A stretch of DNA of 64,000 nt from Azolla caroliniana (Eukaryota > Plantae > Polypodiophyta): NCBI GenBank assembly GCA_043228905.1, contig JBHGNT010000018.1:12028001-12092000 (forward strand), written 5' to 3'. A program made the translations under genes and the position numbers. Shown here in pieces: positions 46,195-58,526 of the stretch. Position 1 is the first letter of the stretch; each line of letters opens with the position of its first letter. Under the pieces are notes generated by a model that saw nothing but the letters and a program-made list of their open reading frames with translations, made no database searches and was not told where the DNA came from.

Positions 46195-49100
46195 AACAAC
46201 CGCATTTTCGAACGACATTCGAAATTTCAGTTCTAGATGCCAAGGACAAGATCAGAGCCCATGTACGCCTCAGTGGTAGAAAAACCTTTTTCAAGGGAGT
46301 CATATAATGCGTCTCCAGCAAATACTCCAACTCTGATGGAAATCGACACCACACGTTGTCACGGGCCATTATCGGAAGAGGAAAAACAACGACTAGGGTA
46401 TATCGTAATGAATTGTCCTCATAGGCCAAGAAGACAAGTAAACCAAATAGTCGCTAGTAATAATTGTTCTAATCATGAGTCTATTTTAATAGGAATATCT
46501 GATAGTTCTAATAGTACTAATACCCCAAGTCAATCGAACAAATTTGATGTCCTTAGTCAGTTAGAAGAAGATTTAAACGACTAAGTCCAGCCAAAATAGG
46601 AGCCATTTGGTTGGACAGCCCTAGATCTGTCCAGTCCATTAGTGGTTCCATTCCGTCTAAGCAAGTTAGCAATGTGTTCTTAGCTCAAGTAACCATTAGT
46701 ACTAAAACTACCCCTCTAGTACATGTCTTAGCACTCCTAGATTCCGGAGCTAATTCTTGCTTCATGGATAGGAATTTTTCCTAAGCTCATCAGATATCCC
46801 TAAGCAAACTCCCGTGTTTAGCCTCTGTAGTAGTCATTGATGGTCATCCCATTGCTTCCGAAAATATCATAGAAGAGTCAGAGCAAGTTAACATTGCCCT
46901 AGATAACTTAGCATGTGTAGTATCATTTAATATAATTAGTATCCCAGAACATCCCATTGTTTTGGGATTACCATGGTTCAAATTACATAACCCAGGCATA
47001 GATTGGAGAACAAGAGAAATCCGGTATCGACAAACTTGAGGATCTACTCATAAGATTGTAACCATTTCGCTACATCAGTTGTGCGAGAAAGGACGCAAGG
47101 AAGAAATGTTTCTCTTCACAGTATCAGTAAAACCCTCCAACACCACTAAAGAGGAGTCCACCATTCAACTTCCAAAGAAGTATCGCCATTATGCCGATGT
47201 GTTCGATAAAGTACAAGCCAATACGCTTTTTCACCATTGACTGTATGATTGCCCCATTGATTTACAACTGGGAAAAGAGCCACCATGGGGACTGATCTAC
47301 AACTTGTCACCAACCGAGCTAGAAGTCCTTTGAGCCTATATAGAGGAGAATTTGGCAAATGGTTTCATTCGACATTCGAAATCTCAAGCCGGCACACCCA
47401 TTTTCTTCGTCAAGAAAAAGGATGGATCACTATGTCTCGTCGCAGATTTTCGTGGCTTGAATAAGGTCACCATGAGGAATAGGTATGCACTTCCCCTTAT
47501 TTCAAGTCTTTTAGAACGGATCAATGGTGCAAGGTTCTTCACAAATATTGACTTACGAGGAGCATATAACCTCGTACGGATCTGACCAGGAGATGAATGG
47601 AAGACCGCGTTTCGCACTAGATATGGGCACTTCGAATATACGGTCATCCCATTCTGTCTCACTAATGCGCCAACAGTCTTCCAGCACATGGCAAATGATA
47701 TATTCCGAGATCTCTTCGATGATTGTTTGATCATCTATTTGGATGATCTACTGGTTTATTCGAAGACCGAAGAAGAGCATGATTCTCATGTACTGTTAGT
47801 ACTAAAATGACTTCGAGAACATGATCTTTATGCAAAGCTGGAAAAATGTAGTTTCGGGTGCAACTAAGTGGAATTTTTGGGCTATGTCATCTCCTCGGAA
47901 GGCATCTCCATGGATCCTGCTAAGCTCAAAATGATGGTAGAGTGGCAGACTCCACATTCGTTGCGAGATGTGCAATGCTTTTTAGGCTTTTCCAATTTCT
48001 ATCGCAAATTTATACCGGATTACTCAAAGCTTGTTCTGTCTCTCACACAGCTTACCAGGAAGGGACAATCGTTCGTTTGTTCTAAAGAAGCAGACATGGC
48101 GTTTGAGAGTCTTAAGAAGGCATTTACATCAGCTCCTATTCCAGCTCATGTTGATCTAGAAAAACCATTCATCATTGAAGCAGACACGTCAGATTTCGCC
48201 TTGGGTAGCATTCTCCTGTCTTAACAAGGTGATGATGAAAAGCTACATCTTATGGCTTTCCACTCACCCAAGTTTGACGCCACCGAAATCAACTATGAAA
48301 TTCATGATAAGGAGCTATTAGCAATAGTTGACTCTTTTACGCAATGGAGGCATTTTCTAGAGGGGTCTTCTCATCAAGTCACTGTATTCAGTGATCACAA
48401 AAACCTTGCCTACTTTTAGAATGCTTGTGCGTTACATCGACGTCAAGATCGGTGGGCCCAATTCCTCACTCGTTTCGACTTCGAAATTACATATCGTTCG
48501 GGGAAGTAACAAGGGAAGGCAGATGCATTATCACAGCGCTCGTATCTAGCACCGCGTCCCAACGAGCTGGCTTTTGATAACCAAAAGCAACTAATACTGG
48601 GACCGACACAAATACAAGTCGTAGGTCTTCGGTATGCCCTTAGATTCCCACATTATGGATACCATACATGAGGACATGAAGAGAGTTCTTTCACCCAATC
48701 CATTCTAGCACAAATTGATCCCTCTCGAACATCTTGTTCACAATTGCAACAACCAGGTACGGACTATCGACAATTCAAATGTCATGATGTATTACTATTC
48801 TTTAAGAAACTCTTGTATGTTCCTAATGGTATTTGTCAGCTTCAAGTAGTCCAAAACTGTCATGACACATATACAACTGGGCATTTTGGTCGTACTAAAA
48901 CATTAGATTTAGTACAACAATCATTCTGGTGGCCCCATATATGACAATTTGTCGAAGATTTTGTTCGGACTTGTGATACATGTTGCAGAGCAAAAATGCC
49001 AAGGCATTATCCATATGGTTTATTAGAACCATTACCAATTCCAAACAAGCCATGGCAATCCATTGCTCTAGATTTCATCACAAATCTTCCGATTTCTAAG

Positions 49101-49929
49101 GGATTCGATGCGATCTTAATAGTAGTAGATTGATATACAAAGATGGCCCATTTCCTGCCATGTACTAGGGAAATCTCCAGTGAAGAAACCGCCGAAACTA
49201 TCATGCGTGAAGTATGTCGGCATCATGGCCTTCCCGATAGTATCATAAGCGACCGTGGACCCCAGTTCGTCTCGAAGTTCTGGAAGCACCTCTTTTAAAT
49301 GCTTAAGGTCACTTGTAACCTCTCCTCCGGCTACCACCCACAAACAGACGGCCAAGCAGAATGAACAAATCAAACGCTGGAGCAGTATCTCCGTTGTTTT
49401 CTAAGCTATCATCAAGATGACTGGGCGGATATTCTCCACTTCGCCGATTTTGCGTATAATAACTCTGTCCACTCATTGACAAAGGTTACACCATTTTATG
49501 CTTATACAGGTTGTCACCCCCGGTGGTGTGGATTTGAAACTCTAGAGCTACCCACAAATCCTTGCATAGAGGATCGTTTGGGGCGGTTACGCAAGATACA
49601 AGTGGATTTATCTATTCATCTAAAGCACGCTCAACAAACACACAAGGTTTACACAGATCGTCGTCCCCTTCCATATAGTTTTCACATTGGCGATCGAGTA
49701 TGGCTACTACGACGACACATCAAGACTGCTCGCCCATTCGAGAAGTTGGATTATCGGTGAATAGGTCCTTTCTGTATTATGGGAAAAATTAATGATGTCG
49801 CTTTTTGTCTCGATCTACCTCCGCAACTTCGGATACATCTTGTGTTTTCATAGTTCTCTCCTTGAACCCTATCAAGACAGCACCATCCCAGGTCGTATTA
49901 AACAACCTTCCCCCCTGATCGAACTTGAA

Positions 49930-50110
49930 GATGGACCTGAGTACGAGGTTGCCGTCATCCTCGATTCCAAGATTGTTCGCAACAAGCTCTACTATTTAGT
50001 CAATTGGCTAGGATATAGTCTCAATGAACATACTTGGGAACCGATAGAGAATGTGACCAATGCTCGTGCTCTTCTTGAAGACTTTCATCGTCAATATCCA
50101 GACAAACCGG
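49930..50110 (+). other. Type I-like chromodomain coding segment of integrase (second copy about 59520-59700, minus)
   Basis: EYEVAVILDSKIVRNKLYYLVNWLGYSLNEHTWEPIENV; second copy KYDVAAILNSKIVRNKLYYLVDWLGYSPNKRTWEPIENV. Aromatic-cage Y/W/Y residues are retained. Confidence 0.92.
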
Positions 50111-50579
50111 GTCCTCAATCCAAAACGACTCGTGACCCTCGTCGTTTTAAAAGGGGGGATAGTGTCATAATATAGCAAGACTCGAACCCATGACCTTATA
50201 TTACATGGGTCAAACTCTTACCATTAGGTTATGTATTTATTGTAATACGAAAGGTATTATTTTCATTTAAGTTTTACTATAGAAAATTAATGTATATTCC
50301 AGATTTCTCACGAACATTCTAGAAACATCAGGAGTAATCCTGAGAACACTATAAAAGGAGGCACAAAGCATTATTTCGAACCAAATCGGTTCAACGCCAG
50401 TCTTAAGCCTCATAGCTATTCTTGTACTTACTCTTCATATAATATAATATATCTTTTGTTATCATCATTCTCCCTCTCTCTCTCCTTCTCTCGTGAGTTC
50501 TGCACCCTTTTCTCTCTCTTAGTACTAATTTGCATGTCTTAGTACTAATTCCCTCTCTGTCTTAGTATTGTTCCTGACA

Positions 50580-53500
50580 GTATAGAGTGACCAAAGGAAG
50601 AGAGAAGAAGAACCAATTGATTGTTCTGTGTATTGTATCTCTATGAGAACGAAGGAATAAAGCTTTCCATTAAAGCCGACTCTATGTAAGTCTCTGCTTA
50701 TTCTATTTTCTATTTGTGTTTTTTGTTGTTCATAATCGACAATAGATCCATACACATTTCCGCAAAACGCACTCGTTGTGAACAACTGGTATCAAAGAGA
50801 ACCTATGTTGTTCGGCGGAAATAGACAACAAAAGAAGAAGCTGAAAGAAAAGACCAAGTCAGAAATCTCAAGCTCACAGAAAGAATATGGCTTCAACATC
50901 TGGAACAGGAGTTGAAATTAGAAAATTCGATGGCAAAAACTTTGCCCTATGAAAGGAGATGATGCAGGATGTGTTGATCATCCAAAGACAGGTCGAGGCC
51001 ATTCGGAATAGCGAAAAACCTGCTTCAATGACAGCAGAGGAGTGGAGATCAATGGACGAAATCGCATGCTCCACCATCCGAATGCATCTGGCTGAAAACG
51101 TCTATTTCAGCATGGCAAAAGAAACAAGAACATTCTCATTGTGGGAGAAGCTACAAGCCGTCTATGAAAAGAAGTCCTCATCTTCGAAATTGATTTTGAT
51201 CAAACAACTGTTCAATATGAAGATGAAAGAGACTGATCCGGCAACCTCTCACTTCAACACCTTCAGTTGGGTGTTGTCAGAGCTCTCGTCACAAGGGATC
51301 AACTTAAAAGAAGAAGTGAATTCCCTTGCCCTCATATCGAGCGTGTCGACGAGCTGGGAGGTATTCTGCATGACATACGCCAATAGCCGACCGATCCTAA
51401 ACTTGGACGAAACAATCAACCAAGTCCTCATAGAGGACATCAGGTGAAAATGGATGGGACTAACCATCGATGAGTCGGCAGAAGCCCATCACTCAACCCA
51501 GTCATTCGACCGAAAGAACAAGCCGACACAACCGGTCGACACTACAGCCGATTGAAAACGAGGGAAGACCCACAACGGTCAAAGTCAAAAACGGGCCGAT
51601 CAAGCGAGTACTGCACACACTGCAGGAAAGTTGCCCACGATGTTTCCGACTGATGATCAATGAAGAGAAAAGAGAGTGGTCGGGGATCTGAGCGGAATCG
51701 GGGACATTCCGATTCGGACCACTCTCCAGTCGGCAACTAGATCAATGTTGCCGACACCCGATCTGGAGAAATCCTCTCCTTAGAGGACTCAATGATCAAA
51801 GAAGTCCTCTATAGTGCACAAGTTGCATACACGTGGCTACTAGACTCTGGTGCCACATTTCACGTGACCCTCAACATTGAATGGTTCTCAAACTATTCAG
51901 TCGACGCCAACGGCACAGTCCACTAGGAAACATGCAGGAGTGCAAGATCGCCGGAACCGGGGAGGTTCCCATCAGATTGCCAAATGGCAACACAATAACC
52001 TTGCACCAAGTTCGGCACGTACCTGATCTAAAGAGGAGTCTGGTCTCCATCGACATGTTAACCGAAGACGGGTATAGAATGACTCTATACAAGTCGACAT
52101 GGGTGATCAGCTAAGGAAACCTCAAGATCGGTAGTAGGTACAAGTATAATAATCTATAGCCATTGATGACGATCAACCCTGAAGGGGCCGTGAACGTAGC
52201 CGAGAAAACCAACCCAAACTTATGGCATGGCCGACTTGGCCACATGTCTCAAGCCAGACTTGATCGGCTGATGTCGGTTGGCTACATCCCAAAACTCCAA
52301 GCGAAGACAGACTTCTACGAGCATTGTCGATACAAGAAACTGTTAGGAAACAGGTCCCTCCGGAAAAACCGGACGTGGAGTACTTGGCAACGGAAGACCC
52401 GGTGAGAACCGGATGTGGAGTACCCGGCTACGGAAGACCCGGTGAGAACCGGATGACGTGTACCCGGCTGGCGCCAGATGAAGCAGGCCCGGTGAGGAGT
52501 GCTCACCGGATGAAGGGACATATTCGTAAATATGTTTCTGAGAGTCCATCGAGGCTATATTTGTAAATAGCCGAAAGGTCATATTAGTATAAATATGACT
52601 TAGGGCAAACTTAGTACTGTTGTGTGGTCATTCTTGTTGGTGCAAGATTAGAGCGTGTAACTATGTATAGAGAGAGTGAGAGAGTGGAAGAGGTCGTTGC
52701 TTCTGTTGTAACCGCCGCCTGCAGCGAAGATAGCAAGCTCGAGGTTGTTGCTTCGGTGCTTTACTATTGTACATTCTGATATAGTGATAGTTTGCAGTCT
52801 GTGGGCTGTCGTGGTTTTTTCCCTAGTTTGGGGTTTTCCACGTTAACATCTTGTGTACTCTTCTCTTCACTGTGTCGTGCAATCATTACCCGTTTTTTGT
52901 GTTTTATCCTATGCTCGGTTGTGGCCGAGCATTGTTCAGCAAGAGCGTGTGTTCCTGTCAGAAATACACCAGAAGTCTGCACACTCTTCACTACGAGACG
53001 GTATGACAACACCTAGAGCTCATGCACACAAACATATGTGGGCCCATGCCAGAGCGATCACTAGGAGACTCCCGGTACTTCATCACCTTTGTAGATGACT
53101 GTACACGGAAAGACTGGGCATACTCCACCAAGTCCAAAGACGAAGCGCTCGAGGTCTTCACTCGATGGATATTTAAAGTGGAGAACCAGTCGAGATACAG
53201 AGTGAAGATACTCCGATCCGACAAGGAGGTGAGTACACCTCCAGAGCCTTCAATCAGTACCTGTCCAACAAAGGGATCCGGCACCAAAAGACCATTCCTT
53301 ACACACCCATGCAAGATGGGGTGGCTGAACGGATCAACCGAACGATCTAGGAGAGGGCGATGGCAATGCCCCAGCAAGTCGGACTGAAGCTGGAATTCGG
53401 GGCTAAGGCATTGCAGACGGCAATGTACCTGATAAATCTGGCGCCATCAAGAGCAATCAAGCTCGAAGTGCCACAGGCACTATCGTCAGGCAAACAGTCG

Positions 53501-55205
53501 ACCTACGATAGGCTCCGTATATTCAGATGCGAACCCTACGCATTCATCCCCAGGGACGAAAGGACAAAGTTAGCACCCCATGCAACAAAGTGCATATTTC
53601 GTAAGTATAGAACCAATGGGGACTTAGGCTACTGGTTATAGGACCCTGAGAACCGGAAATTGATCCGGAGCAGCGACGTAGTCTTCAATGAAGAATCTAT
53701 CTTCTCTCAGCGGAACCAACAGAAAACAATTGGTAAGAAGGTATCCTTCGAAGATGACAGCACTGTCATAGAAAGACCGACCCTCCGGGCCGAATAAGAG
53801 ACTCGACAAATAGCCGAACTCCAACAAGCTGACAACTTCCCTATCGACACCAAATCGGCAATAAGTCCTATCATCGAACTCAAAGACAAAGTCATCAAAG
53901 ACACAACCGAATCGACAAGGATCGATAAAGGAAAAGTCACCAAGACACAAGTCAAAAAAGAGTCGACGACAATCACAGGGGAGGATAACCAGACACTGCC
54001 GAAATCCCAATCTAGGGGCGGGACACCTAACAAGACTCCTGATATAGATGGTTCAACTAATACCGATTGACCAACAGAGCTAATCGAAGGATCTGAACTA
54101 AACATCTCGGCTCCTAGGAGATCTGGACGAGCTCGAAGGCAAACAGAGTTCTATCAATCAGGCCTCGACTACGTCAACTACACGAATGTAGGCAAATCAA
54201 GCACATATGAAGAAGCTATGGCTGCACCGAACACCAAAACATGGCTACAATACATGAAATCCGAAATGGACTCAATTCATTAGAATCAAACATGGGAGCT
54301 GGTCGCACTACCAGTTGGAAGGAAGTCGCTACCTTGCAAATGGGTTTTCCGATACAAGTATGTATCCGACTCAAAGAAACCCAAGTACAAAGCTCGGCTT
54401 GTCGCGAAAGGATTCAAACAGGAATACGGGGTTGACTATGACAATATATTCTAACCAGTAGTCAAGATTACCACACTCCGACTCCTACCAGGAGTCATGG
54501 CGACAAAAGATCTATAACGCGAGCAAATGGACGTAAAGACGGCATTCCTACATGGAGATCTGGAAGAAGACATATACATGTCTCAACATGCAGGGTTCAT
54601 GGCGACGGGGGAAGATAGTCACCTCGTATGCAGGCTGAAGAAAAGTCTATATGGCCTGAAACAAGCGTCAAGGATGTGGTACCAGAAATTTAATTCCTAC
54701 ATACGGCAGCTTGGATACAACCGATCAGACTCCGACCTATGCATGTATGTTTGGCAACTGGCCGACGAGTCCAGGATCTATCTGATCCTATACATCGATG
54801 ACATGTTGATTGCAGGGAGCAATGAAGCAGATATTGGTAATCTGATGAAGGAAATAGGACAAGCCCGACACATATTGGGCATGAGGATAGAGCGAAATCG
54901 GATGACCAAGACTCTCCGACTCTCCCAGTTTGAATACATACGCAAGGTGCTGAAGCGCTTCAACATGAAGAATGTGAAGCCAGCACCAACACCACTTCCG
55001 ACTTTGATCAGACTATCGGACAGAGACTCTCCTTCGACAGACAAGGAAAGAGAGCTTAATGGAATAAAACCCTACGTATCTGCAGTAGGAAGTATCATGT
55101 ACACAATGGTGGCGGCCCGACCTAGCCTATGTGGTAGGGGTGGTCAGCCAGTACATGTCACACCTAGGAAAAAAGCATTGAGAGGCCATCAAGCACATCC
55201 TTACG
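50580..55205 (+). mobile_element. Degenerate copia element (3' part of 5' LTR to 50784, PBS 50787-50797, gag-pol pseudogene from 50887, truncated in RT); related to 24688-30170
   Basis: MASTSGTGVEIRKFDGKNF, LLDSGATFHV, LWHGRLGH, HTNICGPMP, LKKSLYGLKQA, LYIDDML. No RNase H or 3' LTR. Confidence 0.9.
52341..52960 (+). mobile_element. Solo LTR of the 22992/16996 copia LTR group
   Basis: TGTTAGGAAACAGGTCCCTCCGG...TTCCTGTCA. TSD GAAAC/GAAAT. Host frame resumes after it. Confidence 0.92.
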
Positions 55206-56263
55206 GAAATTGACAAAGCAAGTGGTGTACCATCCAGTTCAACTAAACGATATGTCGCATTATCTTCCACTTTCTTCACCACATATGGTGCAAACCATCG
55301 TTGTGAAAATTTTCGAGCCATACTATGTTGGTTGTCTAGGCTACTGTCGTAGACCAACACCCAATCTCCTTCAACGATTTTCCTCGGACGAAGTCGATGT
55401 CGTTTGTCAAAGTCTTTCTTGTTCTTCAACCTTGCATTCTTTAGCCATGCTTTAGCCACTTCTATATCTTCTGACTTTCGCTCCAACTGTCGAATCCTTA
55501 ACGCTAGAAGATCTTCTCTGCTTATCTCATCTTTCCATGGCAATGCCGACCATGAAACAATACTTTGTTCCACTGGCATTATCGGCTTCTGTCCAAATAT
55601 GAGCTCTATCGACATGTATCTCGTCATCGTGCTATGAGTAGTCCTGTCAGCCCATAGTGCAAATGGCAGTAGATGCAACCATTCTCCTATTTTCCCATGG
55701 CAAGCTTTTACTAAAGCCTTCACAATCGGTCGTGTCCCCATTCCACTTTCCCATTCGCTTCCGGATTATACGTTGTGGTAAGAGTTAACTTGATTCCCAT
55801 CCCGGAGAAGAATTCTCTGGCTTCATTGGCATCTAGCTCGCCTCTATAAGCCACTACCTTGCCGACGCATCCATATCTGCAAATAACATCTTCAAGAAGG
55901 AATCTGCATACTGATGATGTCTCCTTAGTTCTCAATGCTCGCCCTTCAACTTGATTGGTAGGATCCTCTCTCGCGAGCATAAGATACCTCATCTACCATC
56001 GCCCTATTGGCATCATTACAATGTCCACCATCCACTTGTAATGCATAGACAATGGGTAAGTCGGATGAAGTTCATCTCGATGGAGAACATTCGAAAACAT
56101 CTAGCATTCCTTACATGTTTCCACGTAAGCTGCTACATCCTTGTAGATGCCCAGCCACCAATATTTCTTCTTAAGCTTCGCGAACGTAGCCCATATTCCT
56201 TGATGGCCTACAAATACACTATCATGAAATTCGGACATCAGTTTTTGTTGGTCTTCCAGCTTG

Positions 56264-58177
56264 TGTCATGGACACACCAAGCACGGACTAGGACGGAGCA
56301 CAAATGACAAGGCTACGAGGAACTTAAGAAGCGAGGAACAACATAAGAGAATGAAGGCAGAGATGAAGAAGGAGACAAGATGGAATGAAACGAAAATACT
56401 AGATTGATGTAGAGTTAAATCCCTTGAAAGGGACCAAGGATGTTACAAGTATTTATACAATTTCTGAGATTGAATATCTCTAGAATATATTGAGAAATAT
56501 CTCAAGAATATACCCGTTTAGAATATACTAACGACTAGAATATTCTTGAATGTACTATACACTAGATTCTACAATATATACACGTTCACAATTGAATGTG
56601 GACAATTCACAAGAGTTTCCATATGGTTAACACAACACAATATGTGTTGTGTGTGTTAAAAGTCAAAGGTTTGACCCTTGAATGTGACATTATCCCCTCT
56701 CTTACGTCGCCTTCCCAAACCGGTTCTTGCCTTAAGGGGATATTGTTGATGAAAATCTTAGACCACCTCCAAAGTATTTTGTAAATCCTAGACAAGGAAT
56801 AACCCTTCCAGAAGACGACGTATTGAACACCAACGGGCATGAGCGACCATGTGTGGTCCTCGACCAGAACTGGAACACAAATACCAATGGGTGTGAGCGA
56901 CCATGTGCGGTCCTCATGGGGAGCATGAACACCAACGGGCATGAGCGACCATGTGTGGTTCTCGTCGGGAACTGGAACACGAATACCAATAGGTGTGAGT
57001 GACCATGTGTGGTCCTCACGGGGAAATAAACACGAACGAGCGAGAGAGACCATGCGGCCCTCACCAAGAACTAGAACACGAACGGACGTGAGTGACCATG
57101 TGGCCCTCACCGAGAACTAAACACAAACGGAAGTGAGTGACCATGCGGCCCTCACCGAGAACTGGAACAACAACGGGCGAAGGAGTGCAAGTGAAGTGGT
57201 CGACTCGACTTCTTCTATTATGAGAGGGTAAATAGTCGAGGTTGACCCAAGACACGGCACAAACGGTAGCGCTAGCAAAAAACCCACGGGATCCCTACTA
57301 GGAAAGTGAGCAGTTGTGACCCCCACCGAAACTAGAAGGTGAGCGATCGAAATCGGTCCTCGCCAACAAAAAGTGGCGCGAGACTTGATCTATAACGAAA
57401 ATGCAGTGCAAGCGAGCAATGATTTGATCCCCACCTAGAAAGTGAGCGGTTGTGACCCCCCACCAGAACTGGGAAGGTGAGCGATCGAAAGCACTCCTCA
57501 CCAAAACCGTGATGAAAAATGATACCTAAAAATGATGACAAGTAGTGTTGAGGACGACGATGGTGGGCGAAGAGGTGCTAAAAATGATGACGTCGAAGAC
57601 AAGGATGTTGATGACGATAACTTTGGAGGCAAGGACGGTGATGACAGTAACTCTAGAAGCAAAAGCAATGACGAAGACAGGTGGTGCTCCCAGTTGGAAG
57701 AGATTCAAACTGTCACGGACACACCAAGTGCAAACTCGGATGGAGCATGAATGATAAGGCTACGAGGAACTTCAGAAGCTAGGAACGACATAAGAGAATG
57801 AAGACAAAGATGAAGAAGGATAAAAGATGGAATGAAACGAGAATACTAGATTGATGTGTTAATGACTGGTGTTAAATCCCTTAAAAGGAACCAAGGAGAT
57901 TAGTAGTATTTATACAAGTTCTGAGATTGAATATCTCTAGAATATACCCAACAAATATCTCTAGAATATACCTGTCTAGAATACACCATAGAATATTTCT
58001 ATCTAATATACTAAAGGCTCTAGAATATTCTGGAATGTACTATATGTTCGAATAATAGTAAATTTTTATACACACGTACATGCTCATATTGAAATGGTTA
58101 GGCATGATATCTTATAGATGTGAGGTTGTAGGTCCAATCCTCACTAACTACATATTGGATGTCAATGTGTTGTGAAA
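56264..58177 (-). mobile_element. Non-autonomous, non-coding LTR element (TRIM/LARD-like) with self-priming PBS
   Basis: LTRs 56264-56689 and 57711-58177. TSD GCTTG at 56259-56263 and 58178-58182. PPT AAGAGAGGGGATAA. About 1 kb interior with no gag/pol motifs. Confidence 0.85.
56825..57170. repeat. Seven-unit 45-54 bp tandem array with core GAGYGACCATGYG(TG)GYCCTC
   Basis: GACCATG cores at about 56845, 56899, 56947, 57001, 57048, 57094 and 57139. Confidence 0.9.
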
Positions 58178-58526
58178 GCTTGTAGACAACTCTCATTGGA
58201 GTCCTATTCTTCTTTTTCGCATGCCTCCAAAGAGCTCCATCCTTAAGAAAATACTTGTACGGCTTCTTCTGAATTCAGTGGAAGCCTTCCGTCGACCAGG
58301 AATCATCACTTTGGGAGAACTCAAGTATTTCCCGATTTCCACGAATTCGCCTTCGTAGTCTTCTTCTATGAAAGTAGTCAACACCCGAGCATAGGAACTT
58401 GTAAAGAAATCCAAGCCAACATCCTCTTCATCAGAATGTCGACCTTCTTCTCCGTCGTATCTTGCTCATGATAACATGTCTGCAACGACATTACGCTTCC
58501 CAGCTACATGACGGATCTCCGAGTTG

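Larger units (their letters stand above)
44001..50579 (+). mobile_element. Chromovirus (Ty3/gypsy with chromodomain integrase, Tcn1/Tf1-like); 5' LTR reduced to its last bases; 3' LTR 50163-50579
   Basis: Gag (HPSRYPTDASRVGLVGTLLSG), protease [27 protein letters not shown], RNase H EADTSDFALG, integrase SDRGPQF/YHPQTDGQ, chromodomain, PPT AAAAGGGGGATAG. Many stops. Confidence 0.93.
55206..58526 (-). pseudogene. Non-chromoviral gypsy RNase H end and integrase fragment, split by insertion 56264-58177
   Basis: EIRHVAGKRNVVADMLS (about 58470-58520), LEDVICRYGCVGKVVAYRGEL, YNPEANGKVE, LPFALWADRTTHS, QRWFAPY. Confidence 0.85.

Noticed and set aside
56607-57110. 167-aa repetitive ORF (EDHTWSLTPIG...)
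   Set aside because: It is a translation of the tandem array, unit lengths are not all multiples of 3, and it runs into the LTR.
56825-57170. Repeat array with conserved core and variable intervals resembling CRISPR
   Set aside because: The intervals are homologous to one another rather than unique spacers, there are no cas genes, and the context is a eukaryotic retroelement.
57532-57750. Asp-rich ORF (MMTSSVEDDDGG...)
   Set aside because: Low-complexity GAT/GAC sequence, antisense to the element and running into the LTR.
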